Below, piece by piece: positions 37,486 to 47,052 of a stretch of DNA of 64,000 nucleotides. Numbering within the stretch: position 1 is the first letter of the stretch; each line of letters begins with the position of its first letter. Under the pieces are notes generated by a model, which did no database searches, had not been told where the DNA came from, and saw only the letters and a program-made list of their open reading frames with translations. The stretch spans positions 1 through 64,000 of the forward strand of contig JBIJBE010000016.1 of the NCBI GenBank assembly GCA_044345405.1. The letters run 5' to 3'. The translations under genes were made by a program, and so were the position numbers. Source of the DNA: Bdellovibrionota bacterium. GTDB lineage: Bacteria > Bdellovibrionota_C > UBA2361 > OMII01.

Positions 37486-39597
37486 ATGACCATGACGAAG
37501 GGAAAGAAGCAACAGAGTACCGGTGCAGATTGCGACATCTCCCTGCGATCTTCGACCTTTATGTCGGATGACGAGTACGCTCAGGTCGGTTCCCTTTTAC
37601 GGCAGGCCGGCGCCGCTCGTGAGGGGGTGGTGGTAGACCCTTGCGACCATCCTCGGGGCCGCCTCGGTATATCGCAAAATCCCCTGGGGAGGATGCCCCG
37701 CTCCCTTATGACCGCCTTCGGCCTTGAAGACGCGCTCATAGACACCTTTGTGCGGGATGCGCGACCTCGCTGCTCTCGATGTGGGATGGCGACGCAACGT
37801 TCCGAAGCTCTCAACCACGATCGATGGCCCGATTCGGGGTACGTGGCGATAGTCGTCGACGGCGTTGAGGAGAGCGTCTCCTTGGAGCAGCAATGTGAAC
37901 TACTTGATGTCGAGCGAGCTGTTATCGAAGAGATGCTCGTTCGCAAAGATGACATCGAGGGACGAGAGGGTGAGCCCGTTCTCTCCGTCGCTTCCGCCTC
38001 GGATTTGACTCACATTTCACGCGAGGTTGAGCGATGGTTCTCTCGAGGTGGTGCTCCGTTGCGCCTCGTGCACTTTCCTAGTCGGAGTGATCGTGGTGTT
38101 GAGATTCAAAAGCTTTTTAAGGAGTGGCGATGCCCCTCCTGCGGTGATGCGTATCCAGCCGCGACTCGACAACGAATCGAGGACGCGCCACCGTGCCAGA
38201 GGTGTCGAGGGGAGGGGTGGTTGTTAGTAGAGGACGATCGCTTCGTTGCGTGTGAGGATTGTGACGCTTTCGGTCGGACGTCGTCGTTCGCTCACTATGA
38301 GGTCGCGGGCTCCTCGCTTAAGGATCTCCCTCGGGTGACTTTTGGTGAGGTGCGTGACTACCTCAGGGGTTCCACGAACTCAGAACGTGATGAGGTCGCT
38401 CACAGGATCGACGCGCTCTGTGAAGAGGGTCTGTCAGGATATCCTATCGGTACTCCCGTGGCGCTGCTCTCCAAAGGCGAGAAGGTTCTTGCGACTATCG
38501 CCTCGGCTCGTGTGTCCGAGCTGCATGACGTTGAGCTCATGGTGGACGCTGGTGCCTTAGGTGTTTCGAATTCCTGGATAGATGCCATCGTTCAACGAAA
38601 TCAGCCTCCCTGCGTGCGTGTGGTGAGTCCTCACGTGACTGGTGTCGAGCCGTTCGAGCGGCGGCCCGAGGAGGATCGCGTATGTACCCTTCGAGATGTC
38701 GTGTTGGGTCCGCTTGCGATATCGTCGTTCTCTTTTGATGTCGGTGGTCTCACCGTTGTGCAAGGGGAGCCAGGGGTCGGAAAGAGTCTTTTGCTGTGGG
38801 AGGTCTCAAGACGTTTCAGCAAGCGAAAGAAGCTGGCGCACCTCGCTTCGTTTGGCGACCTCAAGCGTTGTCACCTTATCAAATCCGACGCCATTGAGGG
38901 TGATGCGGTGATGGAGCTCCTTGGGATCGCGCCTCACATCGCCGAACAGGCAGCCCGGACTCGTCATGCTCGAGAGCGAGGTTTTCTCAAGGAGGATTTC
39001 CTTCTGTCACGCTCGCGGCACCGGTGCGACTTTTGCAAGGGGACGCCCTCCGTTGAGAGTGCGAGATGCTCTTTGTGTGATGGCAGCCTCTTTGACCACG
39101 TCGTTGGCGGCGTCGTTGTGAATAATGTTCCGTTCGCGGAGCTGATGCGAAGTTCCTTGGCCCGGGTAGGGGAGGTCCTTTGGGCGGATGACGAGCTGAT
39201 TGCTATTGTTGAGCGAGTTCCCCTTGAGCTGCGAACTTCCTTAGAGTTGATGGGAGCTGCCCGTGGGTTATCTCCCGCCGCGCAACGATTTCTCCACACC
39301 CTTGGCGCGCTCGCGAGTGTCCTGGCTAGGAAGGGGTCGCTTGACGGCGATCTCGTTCTTGTGGATGTGCCGTTCGGAACTACCTCGGCGTATCAAGGCG
39401 TTTTATTACAGTGTATCAATGAGTTGCGCTCGCGAGGTGCCACGATTGTGTGCGCCGGCATGCCCGAAACACTCGAAAGTTACTTCTCCTCTGTGGTACG
39501 GTTGCGGTTTGTCGCGGAGCCTCGCAGGGGTGAGGATGCGCGGCGCTTTTTAGATGTTCGAATGACTCGAAAGAGTGAAGTTGTCGTAGAGAGATAA
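37486..39597 (+). CDS. highly divergent UvrA-like protein with degenerate ATPase motifs
   Basis: UvrA-type Zn modules (CSRC/CPSC, CQRCRGEG..CEDC, CDFCKG..CSLCDG). One Walker A, GEPGVGKS. Eroded signature and Walker B motifs. Confidence 0.75.
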   Translation: MTMTKGKKQQSTGADCDISLRSSTFMSDDEYAQVGSLLRQAGAAREGVVVDPCDHPRGRLGISQNPLGRMPRSLMTAFGLEDALIDTFVRDARPRCSRCGMATQRSEALNHDRWPDSGYVAIVVDGVEESVSLEQQCELLDVERAVIEEMLVRKDDIEGREGEPVLSVASASDLTHISREVERWFSRGGAPLRLVHFPSRSDRGVEIQKLFKEWRCPSCGDAYPAATRQRIEDAPPCQRCRGEGWLLVEDDRFVACEDCDAFGRTSSFAHYEVAGSSLKDLPRVTFGEVRDYLRGSTNSERDEVAHRIDALCEEGLSGYPIGTPVALLSKGEKVLATIASARVSELHDVELMVDAGALGVSNSWIDAIVQRNQPPCVRVVSPHVTGVEPFERRPEEDRVCTLRDVVLGPLAISSFSFDVGGLTVVQGEPGVGKSLLLWEVSRRFSKRKKLAHLASFGDLKRCHLIKSDAIEGDAVMELLGIAPHIAEQAARTRHARERGFLKEDFLLSRSRHRCDFCKGTPSVESARCSLCDGSLFDHVVGGVVVNNVPFAELMRSSLARVGEVLWADDELIAIVERVPLELRTSLELMGAARGLSPAAQRFLHTLGALASVLARKGSLDGDLVLVDVPFGTTSAYQGVLLQCINELRSRGATIVCAGMPETLESYFSSVVRLRFVAEPRRGEDARRFLDVRMTRKSEVVVER

Positions 39598-39607
39598 AGG
39601 TAAAGCC

Positions 39608-40399
39608 GTGACGGACAGAAAGATAACCCGACAAGAATTGCGAGACATTCTCTACCGACGCCGATACGCAGTGCCGAACGCGGTGACGATCGGAAACATG
39701 TTTTGCGGATTTCTCGCTATCATGTACGCGTCCTCTGGTCGATTAGAGAAGGCGGTTATCGCGGTGCTGATCGCGATCCTACTCGATGGTCTCGATGGTC
39801 GAGTGGCTCGACGCTTGAACGCAACGTCAAAGTTCGGAATTGAGTTTGACTCGTTCTCCGATGTCGTATCGTTCGGACTCGCTCCGGCGGTGATGATGTA
39901 TCATTGGGCCTTTCACGCGCGAGCCGATGAGTTCGGGGTGGCCGTAACCTTCTTCTATGCGCTGTGCGCGGCAAGTCGTCTCGCGCGCTTTAACATCTCC
40001 GCCGAGAATTTAAAGAGCTTTACCGGATTGCCCACTCCGGGAGCGGCGGTCTTCGTTGTTTCCGTCATCAACACCGCTCCGTATGAGCATAACTCCTTGC
40101 TGATGACCGTGTTAGGAACCGTGGTCATGCTTGCGATGGGGTATCTGATGGTCTCTACCATCGAGTTCTTCAGCATCAAGCAATTCAAGCTCGCCGGAGT
40201 TAAGTTGAAAGGAAGGCTCCTGATCGGATCGTTGATCGCACTCATCTGGTACTCGCCTCCAATAGGGTTGCTTGCCCTGGCGTTTCTGTATGTGGCGAGC
40301 GGCCCGTATGGAAAGGTCGCGGACTCTCTGCCATCGTGGTTGGTTGGTCGACGGCCCGCTCGTCGTGACACCGAGGGCAAGGTTGTCTCTCTCAAGTAA
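39608..40399 (+). CDS. pssA: CDP-diacylglycerol--serine O-phosphatidyltransferase
   Basis: DGLDGRVARRLNATSKFGIEFDSFSDVVSFG, RLARFN, FTGLPTP. Confidence 0.95.
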   Translation: MTDRKITRQELRDILYRRRYAVPNAVTIGNMFCGFLAIMYASSGRLEKAVIAVLIAILLDGLDGRVARRLNATSKFGIEFDSFSDVVSFGLAPAVMMYHWAFHARADEFGVAVTFFYALCAASRLARFNISAENLKSFTGLPTPGAAVFVVSVINTAPYEHNSLLMTVLGTVVMLAMGYLMVSTIEFFSIKQFKLAGVKLKGRLLIGSLIALIWYSPPIGLLALAFLYVASGPYGKVADSLPSWLVGRRPARRDTEGKVVSLK

Positions 40400-40964
40400 G
40401 ACCGCCTTTCAATATCTTCATAAGCTCAAGCGCTTTCACGAGGTACGGTATCACAGCGCCATCGCTGAGCGCGTACGGTACGTCTTTGGCAGATAGCAGA
40501 TCGTTCCTCACGCCCGCCTGGATTAGGGCGGCTACATCCCTCCACTCGATGAACTCCCGTTTGAGGCTACTCTCCAACTCCACGGAGCCTTGCCCATAAA
40601 ACTGGGTCAGCTCAAGGACGAGCTCAGCCAAATGGGGATGAAGCTCTCCGGCGATATCGATCGGCTCCGTTCCTATTGATGCCTTGGTAGTGAGAAAAAG
40701 AGTTGTTGCCTTAGCGAGGATAGGATTGGAGAGGAGAAGTGGAAGGTCCCTGCTCGCTATCCTTCCCCCGTTGCATGCCATAGCGATAGCGATGATATCG
40801 GTGGACTCCACTGCGCGACGCATGTGATTTTCCTGTCGTTCGACGAAGGACCCTTCGCTGATCGACGTTGGTTCTGTTGAGAAATCGGGTAGGAGGCGCG
40901 AAAGATGAGCGGCTATCTTTTGGGCCGGTAGGGCTTCCTTACTCAGGTGTCCGAACAGAGCCAT
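40392..40964 (-). CDS. hypothetical protein
   Basis: GAGG RBS before ATG 40964, with CTTAG-N14-CCGATCT upstream. Confidence 0.6.
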   Translation of the reverse strand: MALFGHLSKEALPAQKIAAHLSRLLPDFSTEPTSISEGSFVERQENHMRRAVESTDIIAIAMACNGGRIASRDLPLLLSNPILAKATTLFLTTKASIGTEPIDIAGELHPHLAELVLELTQFYGQGSVELESSLKREFIEWRDVAALIQAGVRNDLLSAKDVPYALSDGAVIPYLVKALELMKILKGGLT

Positions 40965-41040
40965 GCACACCTCGCGCGCAATAAAGATCGGAGCCCTCAG
41001 CTGAGCTAAGGAGCGCCATCTGTTCGGCATTCAAAAGAGA

Positions 41041-41679
41041 TTAAGCCGCGGGTCGCACGGTATAGATATTGATCGGGAATAGGTTCAACCACACTCGCTC
41101 GCGCTTGAGGTAGCTGATGTACCCTGAATCCTTGAGGTACTCATGAACCTGCGCCACCCGATCTCTCCGTTCCGGAGCGCCGACGGTCTCATTAAACTTC
41201 CGAACACCGATGTACTCATAGTACGTCATCAAGGTGTTGGGAGAGCTGATCTCGCGCAGTTTTCTGAAGATAGACTGCACCGTCTCAAGATCGAAATTAA
41301 CGAATGGAAGAGCGCAGACAATGATGTCGTACATCCTGTCGCTTGGTAGGTCTTGCGCCGCGCCCAAGAAGAATGAAATTTGGTTTTGTACCCGCTGGTA
41401 GTGAGGATCCTGCTCCAACGTCTCCTTCAAGCTCTTCATGAAGCGTGGATTGATCTCGCAGATAGTGAGGTGATCGCCTGGTCGCAGCTCCTTCAGGAGC
41501 GGAAGGGTCACCGATCCGGTGCCAGGACCGAGCTCAAGGATGTTTTTTGGGCCACGGGTAGGGGCACGCAGTGGGGTTATGAGGGCTTGAGCCGCCCAGC
41601 GAGATGTTGGGAAGCAAGCGCCGGTGGTCTTGAACTCCAGCAAAAACTCTCGAAGAAAGACGAGGTTTTCCTTAAACAT
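41041..41679 (-). CDS. phospholipid N-methyltransferase (PmtA-like class I SAM methyltransferase)
   Basis: TTGACFPTSRW, ILELGPGTGSVT, CEINPRF, CALPFVNF, VWLNLFP. Confidence 0.8.
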   Translation of the reverse strand: MFKENLVFLREFLLEFKTTGACFPTSRWAAQALITPLRAPTRGPKNILELGPGTGSVTLPLLKELRPGDHLTICEINPRFMKSLKETLEQDPHYQRVQNQISFFLGAAQDLPSDRMYDIIVCALPFVNFDLETVQSIFRKLREISSPNTLMTYYEYIGVRKFNETVGAPERRDRVAQVHEYLKDSGYISYLKRERVWLNLFPINIYTVRPAA

Positions 41680-41890
41680 ACCCTTTCCTAACGTCCTCTA
41701 CACAGTGGCCGACCTGGTGGTTGCGTTCTTCGCGACGCACGCCACCCCTGACGAAATCATCTGGGTGGTTATGGCATCTTTCTACCGCCAGTAGCCTAAC
41801 GGCGCTCCCATGGTAGTGGGGCACGCTGTTGGCGTAAGTCCCTGAGTTCTCTTCAGGCTGAGGCCGCTTACTGTAGTTCTCTCCGCTCAT
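41672..41890 (-). CDS. possible small hypothetical protein
   Basis: 72-aa ORF overlapping the start of the PmtA-like gene. No motif. Confidence 0.25.
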   Translation of the reverse strand: MSGENYSKRPQPEENSGTYANSVPHYHGSAVRLLAVERCHNHPDDFVRGGVRREERNHQVGHCVEDVRKGYV

Positions 41891-42171
41891 CCGGTCCAGT
41901 GCTTACCAAAAATATCTTTAGCCTCTGACAAAGACCATCATCCCCGTCAGAGGGTAATTCCTCGGAGTGCCAACGCCACAGCCCCCTATGCGGACGCTCA
42001 GTCTCGCCCACCCCTGGCCCATAGGCGCACGTCACCCCAAAGGGAAGATCGGAGAACTCCGTAGAGGGCTTAAGTATCTGGAGCTAAATAGTTCACCCCG
42101 AAGGCTTTGTAGGGTACAAGCATACGTGTGTTCTCAGTATGATAGGTTGAGCACGGGGGCCGGAGGAGTCG

Positions 42172-43788
42172 ATGGATAAGGTGACATTGTGGGAACGTTT
42201 CAAGGGTAGGCTCATACACGATGCCGCCACCGGTTTTTCGCTCGACACGAGCCGCCTCTCCTACGACAACGAGTACCTTACTCGGATGGAGCCTCACATG
42301 AATAGGGCTCTCGAAGCGATGAGTGCCCTAGAGCGAGGAGCTATCGCAAACCCAGATGAGAATCGGATGGTGGGCCACTATTGGCTGAGAGCCCCGGAGT
42401 TAGCGCCAACGGATGAGATTCGGGCCGCGATCACAAACACGATCGCTCAGATAAAACGTTTCGCCTCTGATGTGCACTCTGGTGTTATCGCCCCAAAGCC
42501 GGGCGTTACCTTTTCCCACGTGCTGATTGTCGGTATTGGCGGCTCGGCGCTTGGGCCGCAGTTCGTCAATCAGGCGCTCAACTCCGTCGCCGACCCGATG
42601 ACGGTCTCTTTCTTTGACAACACCGATCCGGATGGGATGGCGAAGGTTCTTTACTCTTTGCCCAACCTTGAGCGCACATTAGTTGTGGTCATATCAAAAT
42701 CGGGTGGCACCAAGGAGACTCGCAACGGACAGCTCGTCGCGAAGGCAGCCTTCCAGGCGGCTGGTCTCGACTTTGCATCTCATTTTGTCGCGGTGACAGG
42801 GGAGGGAAGTGAGTTGGACGCCACGGCTCGAGCGGAAGGGTGGATCGCTCGTTTCCCGATGTGGGACTGGGTCGGTGGGCGCACCAGTGAATGTAGCGCG
42901 GTCGGACTATTGCCGTTCGCTTTGCAAGGTTTCTCCGTCGATGAGTTTTTAAGCGGCGCCGCCGCTATGGATGAGATGACTCGTCGAACCATCATTCATG
43001 AAAATCCCGCCGCGACTATGGCTCTCGCTTGGTATCACTGCGGATGTGGCAAGGGAAACAAGGATATGGTGGTGTTACCCTACAAGGACCGACTTGAGCT
43101 TTTCAGCAGATATCTGCAGCAGCTCGTTATGGAGAGCCTTGGTAAGGAACTGGATCTCTCAGGTGCCGTTGTGAATCAAGGTCTCGCGGTATACGGAAAT
43201 AAGGGTTCCACGGATCAGCACGCCTACGTGCAGCAACTTCGAGACGGATTGCACAATTTCTTCGCGGTGTTCATTGAGGTGCTCCGAGATAGATCGCCTC
43301 GCACGCGGGCTTCGAGTGTTCTCGCAAAACTCCACCCGGAGAGTTTCGATGTGGAGCCCGGAGTAACGAGTGGTGATTATCTCGCCGGGTTTCTGCTTGG
43401 AACGCGCTCCGCTCTCTTTGAGAAAGGTCGTGAGAGCGTTACGGTAACCGTACCTGAAACGAGCGAACGAACGGTTGGTATGTTGATCGCGCTCTTTGAG
43501 CGCGCCGTAGGTCTCTACGCGTCTTTGATTAACATTAACGCCTACCATCAACCCGGTGTTGAGGCAGGTAAGAAAGCGGCGGCCCGAGTGTTGGCGCTTC
43601 AGGAGAAGGTTGTCGCGTTTGTTCGCAAGGCAGGCTCCCCAGTGGGAGTTAAGGAGATCGCGGCTGGGGTAGGGAGTCCCGAGGAGGTTGAAACCGTCTT
43701 TAAGATCGTTCGCCGACTCGCGGTAAATGAACGCATGACGATCGAGCGAGGACCCTCGCTCTTTGAGGACCGTTATCACTGTGCGTAA
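42172..43788 (+). CDS. pgi: glucose-6-phosphate isomerase
   Basis: [46 protein letters not shown]. Confidence 0.96.
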   Translation: MDKVTLWERFKGRLIHDAATGFSLDTSRLSYDNEYLTRMEPHMNRALEAMSALERGAIANPDENRMVGHYWLRAPELAPTDEIRAAITNTIAQIKRFASDVHSGVIAPKPGVTFSHVLIVGIGGSALGPQFVNQALNSVADPMTVSFFDNTDPDGMAKVLYSLPNLERTLVVVISKSGGTKETRNGQLVAKAAFQAAGLDFASHFVAVTGEGSELDATARAEGWIARFPMWDWVGGRTSECSAVGLLPFALQGFSVDEFLSGAAAMDEMTRRTIIHENPAATMALAWYHCGCGKGNKDMVVLPYKDRLELFSRYLQQLVMESLGKELDLSGAVVNQGLAVYGNKGSTDQHAYVQQLRDGLHNFFAVFIEVLRDRSPRTRASSVLAKLHPESFDVEPGVTSGDYLAGFLLGTRSALFEKGRESVTVTVPETSERTVGMLIALFERAVGLYASLININAYHQPGVEAGKKAAARVLALQEKVVAFVRKAGSPVGVKEIAAGVGSPEEVETVFKIVRRLAVNERMTIERGPSLFEDRYHCA

Positions 43789-43800
43789 GAGAGCGTTGGC

Positions 43801-46191
43801 ATGTTAGGTGAGCTGCTCGGTATCAGTTTTCACGCGTTCGGACTTATCGTCCTAATCCTCTTCATGGTGGGGCTCTTCATAACGGAGCGCTTGCCGGTGG
43901 ATGTTACCGCGATGGGTGTTCTCCTCATCTTGATGGTGGGAGGATATGTGACGCCTCAGGAGGCCTTTCAGGGCTTCTCCTCGCCAGTTGTCGTGGTGAT
44001 GGTCTCGACCTTGTTTGTCGCGTCGGCTTTAAAGGCAACCGGCGTCAGCGACGCGATGGCGCGTTGGATCCGAGGCTATGCTGGAGGAAATGAGCGCGTC
44101 GCGATCGCCGTCATTATGATCGTCGGCGCTATCTTGTCCGCTTTCATGAACAATATCTCCGCCGCGGCGCTCGTGATGCCCGCTGTAGCGGTGCTCTCGC
44201 ATGAAACCGAGATTCCTCCCTCTCGTCTCTACCTGCCTCTGGCGTTCGCCGTAACACTTGGGGGAATGCTCACCCTGATCGGAACTCCGCCGAACATCGT
44301 CGCCTCCGAGATAGCTCGACAGAGTGGTGTCGCCACGCTCTCCTTCTTTGCTTTTACGCCCTACGGCGCGGTCGCGTTAGTGGCCGGTATCATCTTCATG
44401 GTCACGGTCGGCATCAATCTTCTTCCGGTACGAAAGACTCAGCGACTAACTCGGCGCATCACCGATCTTCGCTCTCTCTATCACTTGCAAGATCGATTGT
44501 TCTCCGTCCGCGTGCCTGACTCCAGCTTGGTCGATGGCAAGTCGCTCGGTGACCTCCGGTTTGGCTCTTTGGTGAGCGGGGTTGTCGTTACTATTATTCG
44601 AAGTGGTCGAAAGCTCCTCTCTCCCAAGGCGACCGAAAAGTTACACACGCGCGATGTAATCTTGGTCCGTGGGAATCCTGAGCGTTTCTCAGAGGTGGTA
44701 GCTCTTAAGGGACTCGCTTTCACCGCCGTTCCGGACGCCGCCCTTCGAAAGCTGGCTGAATCCGCCGAGGTCGTTCGATACTCGATCCGGGAGGTGCACC
44801 TCGATACGCGGATGATATCGCTCCGTGAGCTCCTGAGAACGACCGGGGTCGTTCCACTCTCAGTCGAGCGTGGCTCGCACGACCACGCCTGGGAGGCTCA
44901 TCCTCCATCTTGGTTTTTGGATTCGCTGGTGCACAAAGGAGATAAAGTTCTCGGCGCCATCGTTGGTAAATTCTCCGAAGACTCCCCAAAGGTGGATGTT
45001 GAGCTTGAGGTGCTTGATAAAGGTGAGGTTGCCCTACGAGAGAGCCTTCACGCGATGACCGTGCAACCTGAAGGGTGGAGTGGCGCGCCACTTCATCGTC
45101 TCTCGCATGAGACGAAGTTGTCGATCCTCGGTCGAATTGTAAACGGCTCCGACGTTGAGTGGCTCGACGTTCCCGTTATTCATCCCGGTGGGGAGGTGAC
45201 GGGTGCGCTCCTCTCGGCGGATCATGTGATCCGCGAGGGTGAGGTGTACTTGGTAAGCGGGTCGCTTGAGGAGGCACAGCGTAAAGCGGCTTTGGGGTCC
45301 CTTGTGCTTGAGGGAGAGGCCGCGACCGATGAGCTTGAGTCAGCTGACGTAGGGATAGTTGAGTTAGTTTTAACTCCCCGATCAGAGTTCATCGGAAAGA
45401 CCTTGGCGGACCTTCACTTCAGAGAGAAGTTTGATTGTCAGGTCCTTGCGCTCTGGCGTGATGGTAAGGCACAGATGTCGCTCTCATCGAGCCTTCCTCT
45501 TATGTACGGAGACGCGCTTCTCGTGCAAGGCGCTCGCACGAGCTTGAGTGTGTTGGCGAAGGAGCCGGATTTCCTCTTGCTCTCTGAACATCGTCAGTCG
45601 CCCCGACTCTCAATTCGGTCGGCATTCGCGATTGTCGCCCTCTTTATGCTCATGTTCACCCCGCTGGTAACCGGGATGGCGGTTCATGAAGCCGCGTTTA
45701 TCTCGGCGTGTGTGTGTGTATTTTGTGGCGCGATTACGATGGAGCAGGTCTATCGCGAGATAGATTGGCGGGTCGTATTCCTTCTCGCGTTGATAATTCC
45801 ACTCGGGCACGCGGTTGGAAACATGACCTCGGGCGAGGGCGCGGCGCGAGCTCTCGCGGATGTCGCGACCGCGACGCCGGAGGTGCTCCTATTGTTGGCG
45901 TTCCTGTGCGCTGGAAGCGTCTTGAGTCAGGTTATCGATAGTTCAGTCGCTGTTATCTTTTTAGGCCCGATCGCTATTGGGCTCGGTAAGTACACAGGTG
46001 GAAACCAATTGAGTCTTCTGCTGGCGGTGACGCTCGGAAGCTCGCTCGCCTTCATGCTACCAACGAGCTGCCGATCTAACATGCTCGTAACGGGGGCAGG
46101 TGGGTACAGGGTCGGTGACTTCCTTCGAGTAGGTATTCCCTTCACGATCGTTGTTGGAGCCGCGCTGTTGGCGGCACTGACACTTTTCTAG
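43801..46191 (+). CDS. SLC13/CitMHS family permease with TrkA-C domains
   Basis: LSAFMNNI, TLIGTPPN, central RCK_C repeats, GAGGYRVGDFLRVG. Confidence 0.9.
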   Translation: MLGELLGISFHAFGLIVLILFMVGLFITERLPVDVTAMGVLLILMVGGYVTPQEAFQGFSSPVVVVMVSTLFVASALKATGVSDAMARWIRGYAGGNERVAIAVIMIVGAILSAFMNNISAAALVMPAVAVLSHETEIPPSRLYLPLAFAVTLGGMLTLIGTPPNIVASEIARQSGVATLSFFAFTPYGAVALVAGIIFMVTVGINLLPVRKTQRLTRRITDLRSLYHLQDRLFSVRVPDSSLVDGKSLGDLRFGSLVSGVVVTIIRSGRKLLSPKATEKLHTRDVILVRGNPERFSEVVALKGLAFTAVPDAALRKLAESAEVVRYSIREVHLDTRMISLRELLRTTGVVPLSVERGSHDHAWEAHPPSWFLDSLVHKGDKVLGAIVGKFSEDSPKVDVELEVLDKGEVALRESLHAMTVQPEGWSGAPLHRLSHETKLSILGRIVNGSDVEWLDVPVIHPGGEVTGALLSADHVIREGEVYLVSGSLEEAQRKAALGSLVLEGEAATDELESADVGIVELVLTPRSEFIGKTLADLHFREKFDCQVLALWRDGKAQMSLSSSLPLMYGDALLVQGARTSLSVLAKEPDFLLLSEHRQSPRLSIRSAFAIVALFMLMFTPLVTGMAVHEAAFISACVCVFCGAITMEQVYREIDWRVVFLLALIIPLGHAVGNMTSGEGAARALADVATATPEVLLLLAFLCAGSVLSQVIDSSVAVIFLGPIAIGLGKYTGGNQLSLLLAVTLGSSLAFMLPTSCRSNMLVTGAGGYRVGDFLRVGIPFTIVVGAALLAALTLF

Positions 46192-46233
46192 TGGTAGTAA
46201 CGGAGTGTAATGAATTCTCTAGGCACTCGGTTC

Positions 46234-46539
46234 TCAGAGCCGAGGGGGGGCGCGTAAAGTTCGAACGTCGATAACATCCACGTGAGCTTGTAACGCCGCG
46301 AGGACCTCGTCAGAGATCGTGCCGTTCGCCATCGTGATCAGTTCCTGAATAGCTGTCATGCAGAGGTTGACATGGTCCCAATCGGGACACTCCTCGCTTC
46401 CAACCCGCATCTGTATCGTTATCTCCCGCCATTCCGTTTTGCTCCACGGATTGAGGAGGGCCCACATGGAGGGAGCGTCGATGGAGGTCGGTCCTGAGAG
46501 TTTGACCTGCCATGTTTCGTGAGGTGTTTCGATGCTCAT
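46234..46539 (-). CDS. hypothetical protein (possibly the 3' half of a split gene)
   Basis: GGAGG RBS before ATG 46539, with ATGA overlap with the upstream ORF. Confidence 0.45.
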   Translation of the reverse strand: MSIETPHETWQVKLSGPTSIDAPSMWALLNPWSKTEWREITIQMRVGSEECPDWDHVNLCMTAIQELITMANGTISDEVLAALQAHVDVIDVRTLRAPPRL

Positions 46540-46760
46540 CTTTTCCCTCCAACAACCTCTCCCCGCATCATCGCTCCCGTGTCGAATAACTTCTCGTCCC
46601 ATCGCTGGGCGACGGAGGTGGCAGTGTGTCGGGGTAATGAAGCGGTTTTGGGATCTGAGAAGTGCTCGGAAACGGTGAGTTGAGAGAGGTCAGTGTTGTG
46701 GCGGCCTGCCGCCCTGTGAGGATCGGTGGTCTGGGGTCCCTGTCGGATCATGTCTGCCAT
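46536..46760 (-). CDS. hypothetical protein (possibly the 5' half of a split gene)
   Basis: GGAGG RBS and a sigma28-like promoter upstream. Confidence 0.45.
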   Translation of the reverse strand: MADMIRQGPQTTDPHRAAGRHNTDLSQLTVSEHFSDPKTASLPRHTATSVAQRWDEKLFDTGAMMRGEVVGGKR

Positions 46761-46782
46761 AACGTATCGCCTCCCTTACCTG

Positions 46783-46810
46783 TAGATCGGGTAGCAACCT
46801 GGATTCTTAA
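46783..46810 (-). promoter_or_regulatory. sigma28(FliA)-like promoter TTAAG-N15-CCGATCTA
   Basis: Matches the spacing of the TAAAG-N15-CCGATAA consensus, about 25 bp upstream of ATG 46760. Confidence 0.5.
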
Positions 46811-47052
46811 TAATTGGATGCCGCAAAGGGGATTTTAGTTCGCTCAGTAGAACGGAACTTGAAAAGCGACCCCCTAAGGTGTTGAATATTGGTTGGCGAG
46901 CTCCGTGAGTACACGGCAGCTTTGAAATCAGGATGGGCAGCGGTTAGTTGAGTTTAATTCGCGCCGCCGGTGTGGCTGACCGAACACAGTTGTCGGTGCT
47001 AGCGGCACATAGTAGAACAGCGGCCGACAGTAATTTTCGCGAATAGGAAGGT

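Noticed and set aside
37302-37538. N-terminal extension of the DUF58 ORF to 515 aa
   Set aside because: It runs through the divergent promoter and DnaA-box region and overlaps the UvrA-like start. It looks like chance open frame.
45707-45719. (GT)n microsatellite as a phase-variation site
   Set aside because: Short, and it encodes an ordinary Cys/Val TM segment of an intact transporter.
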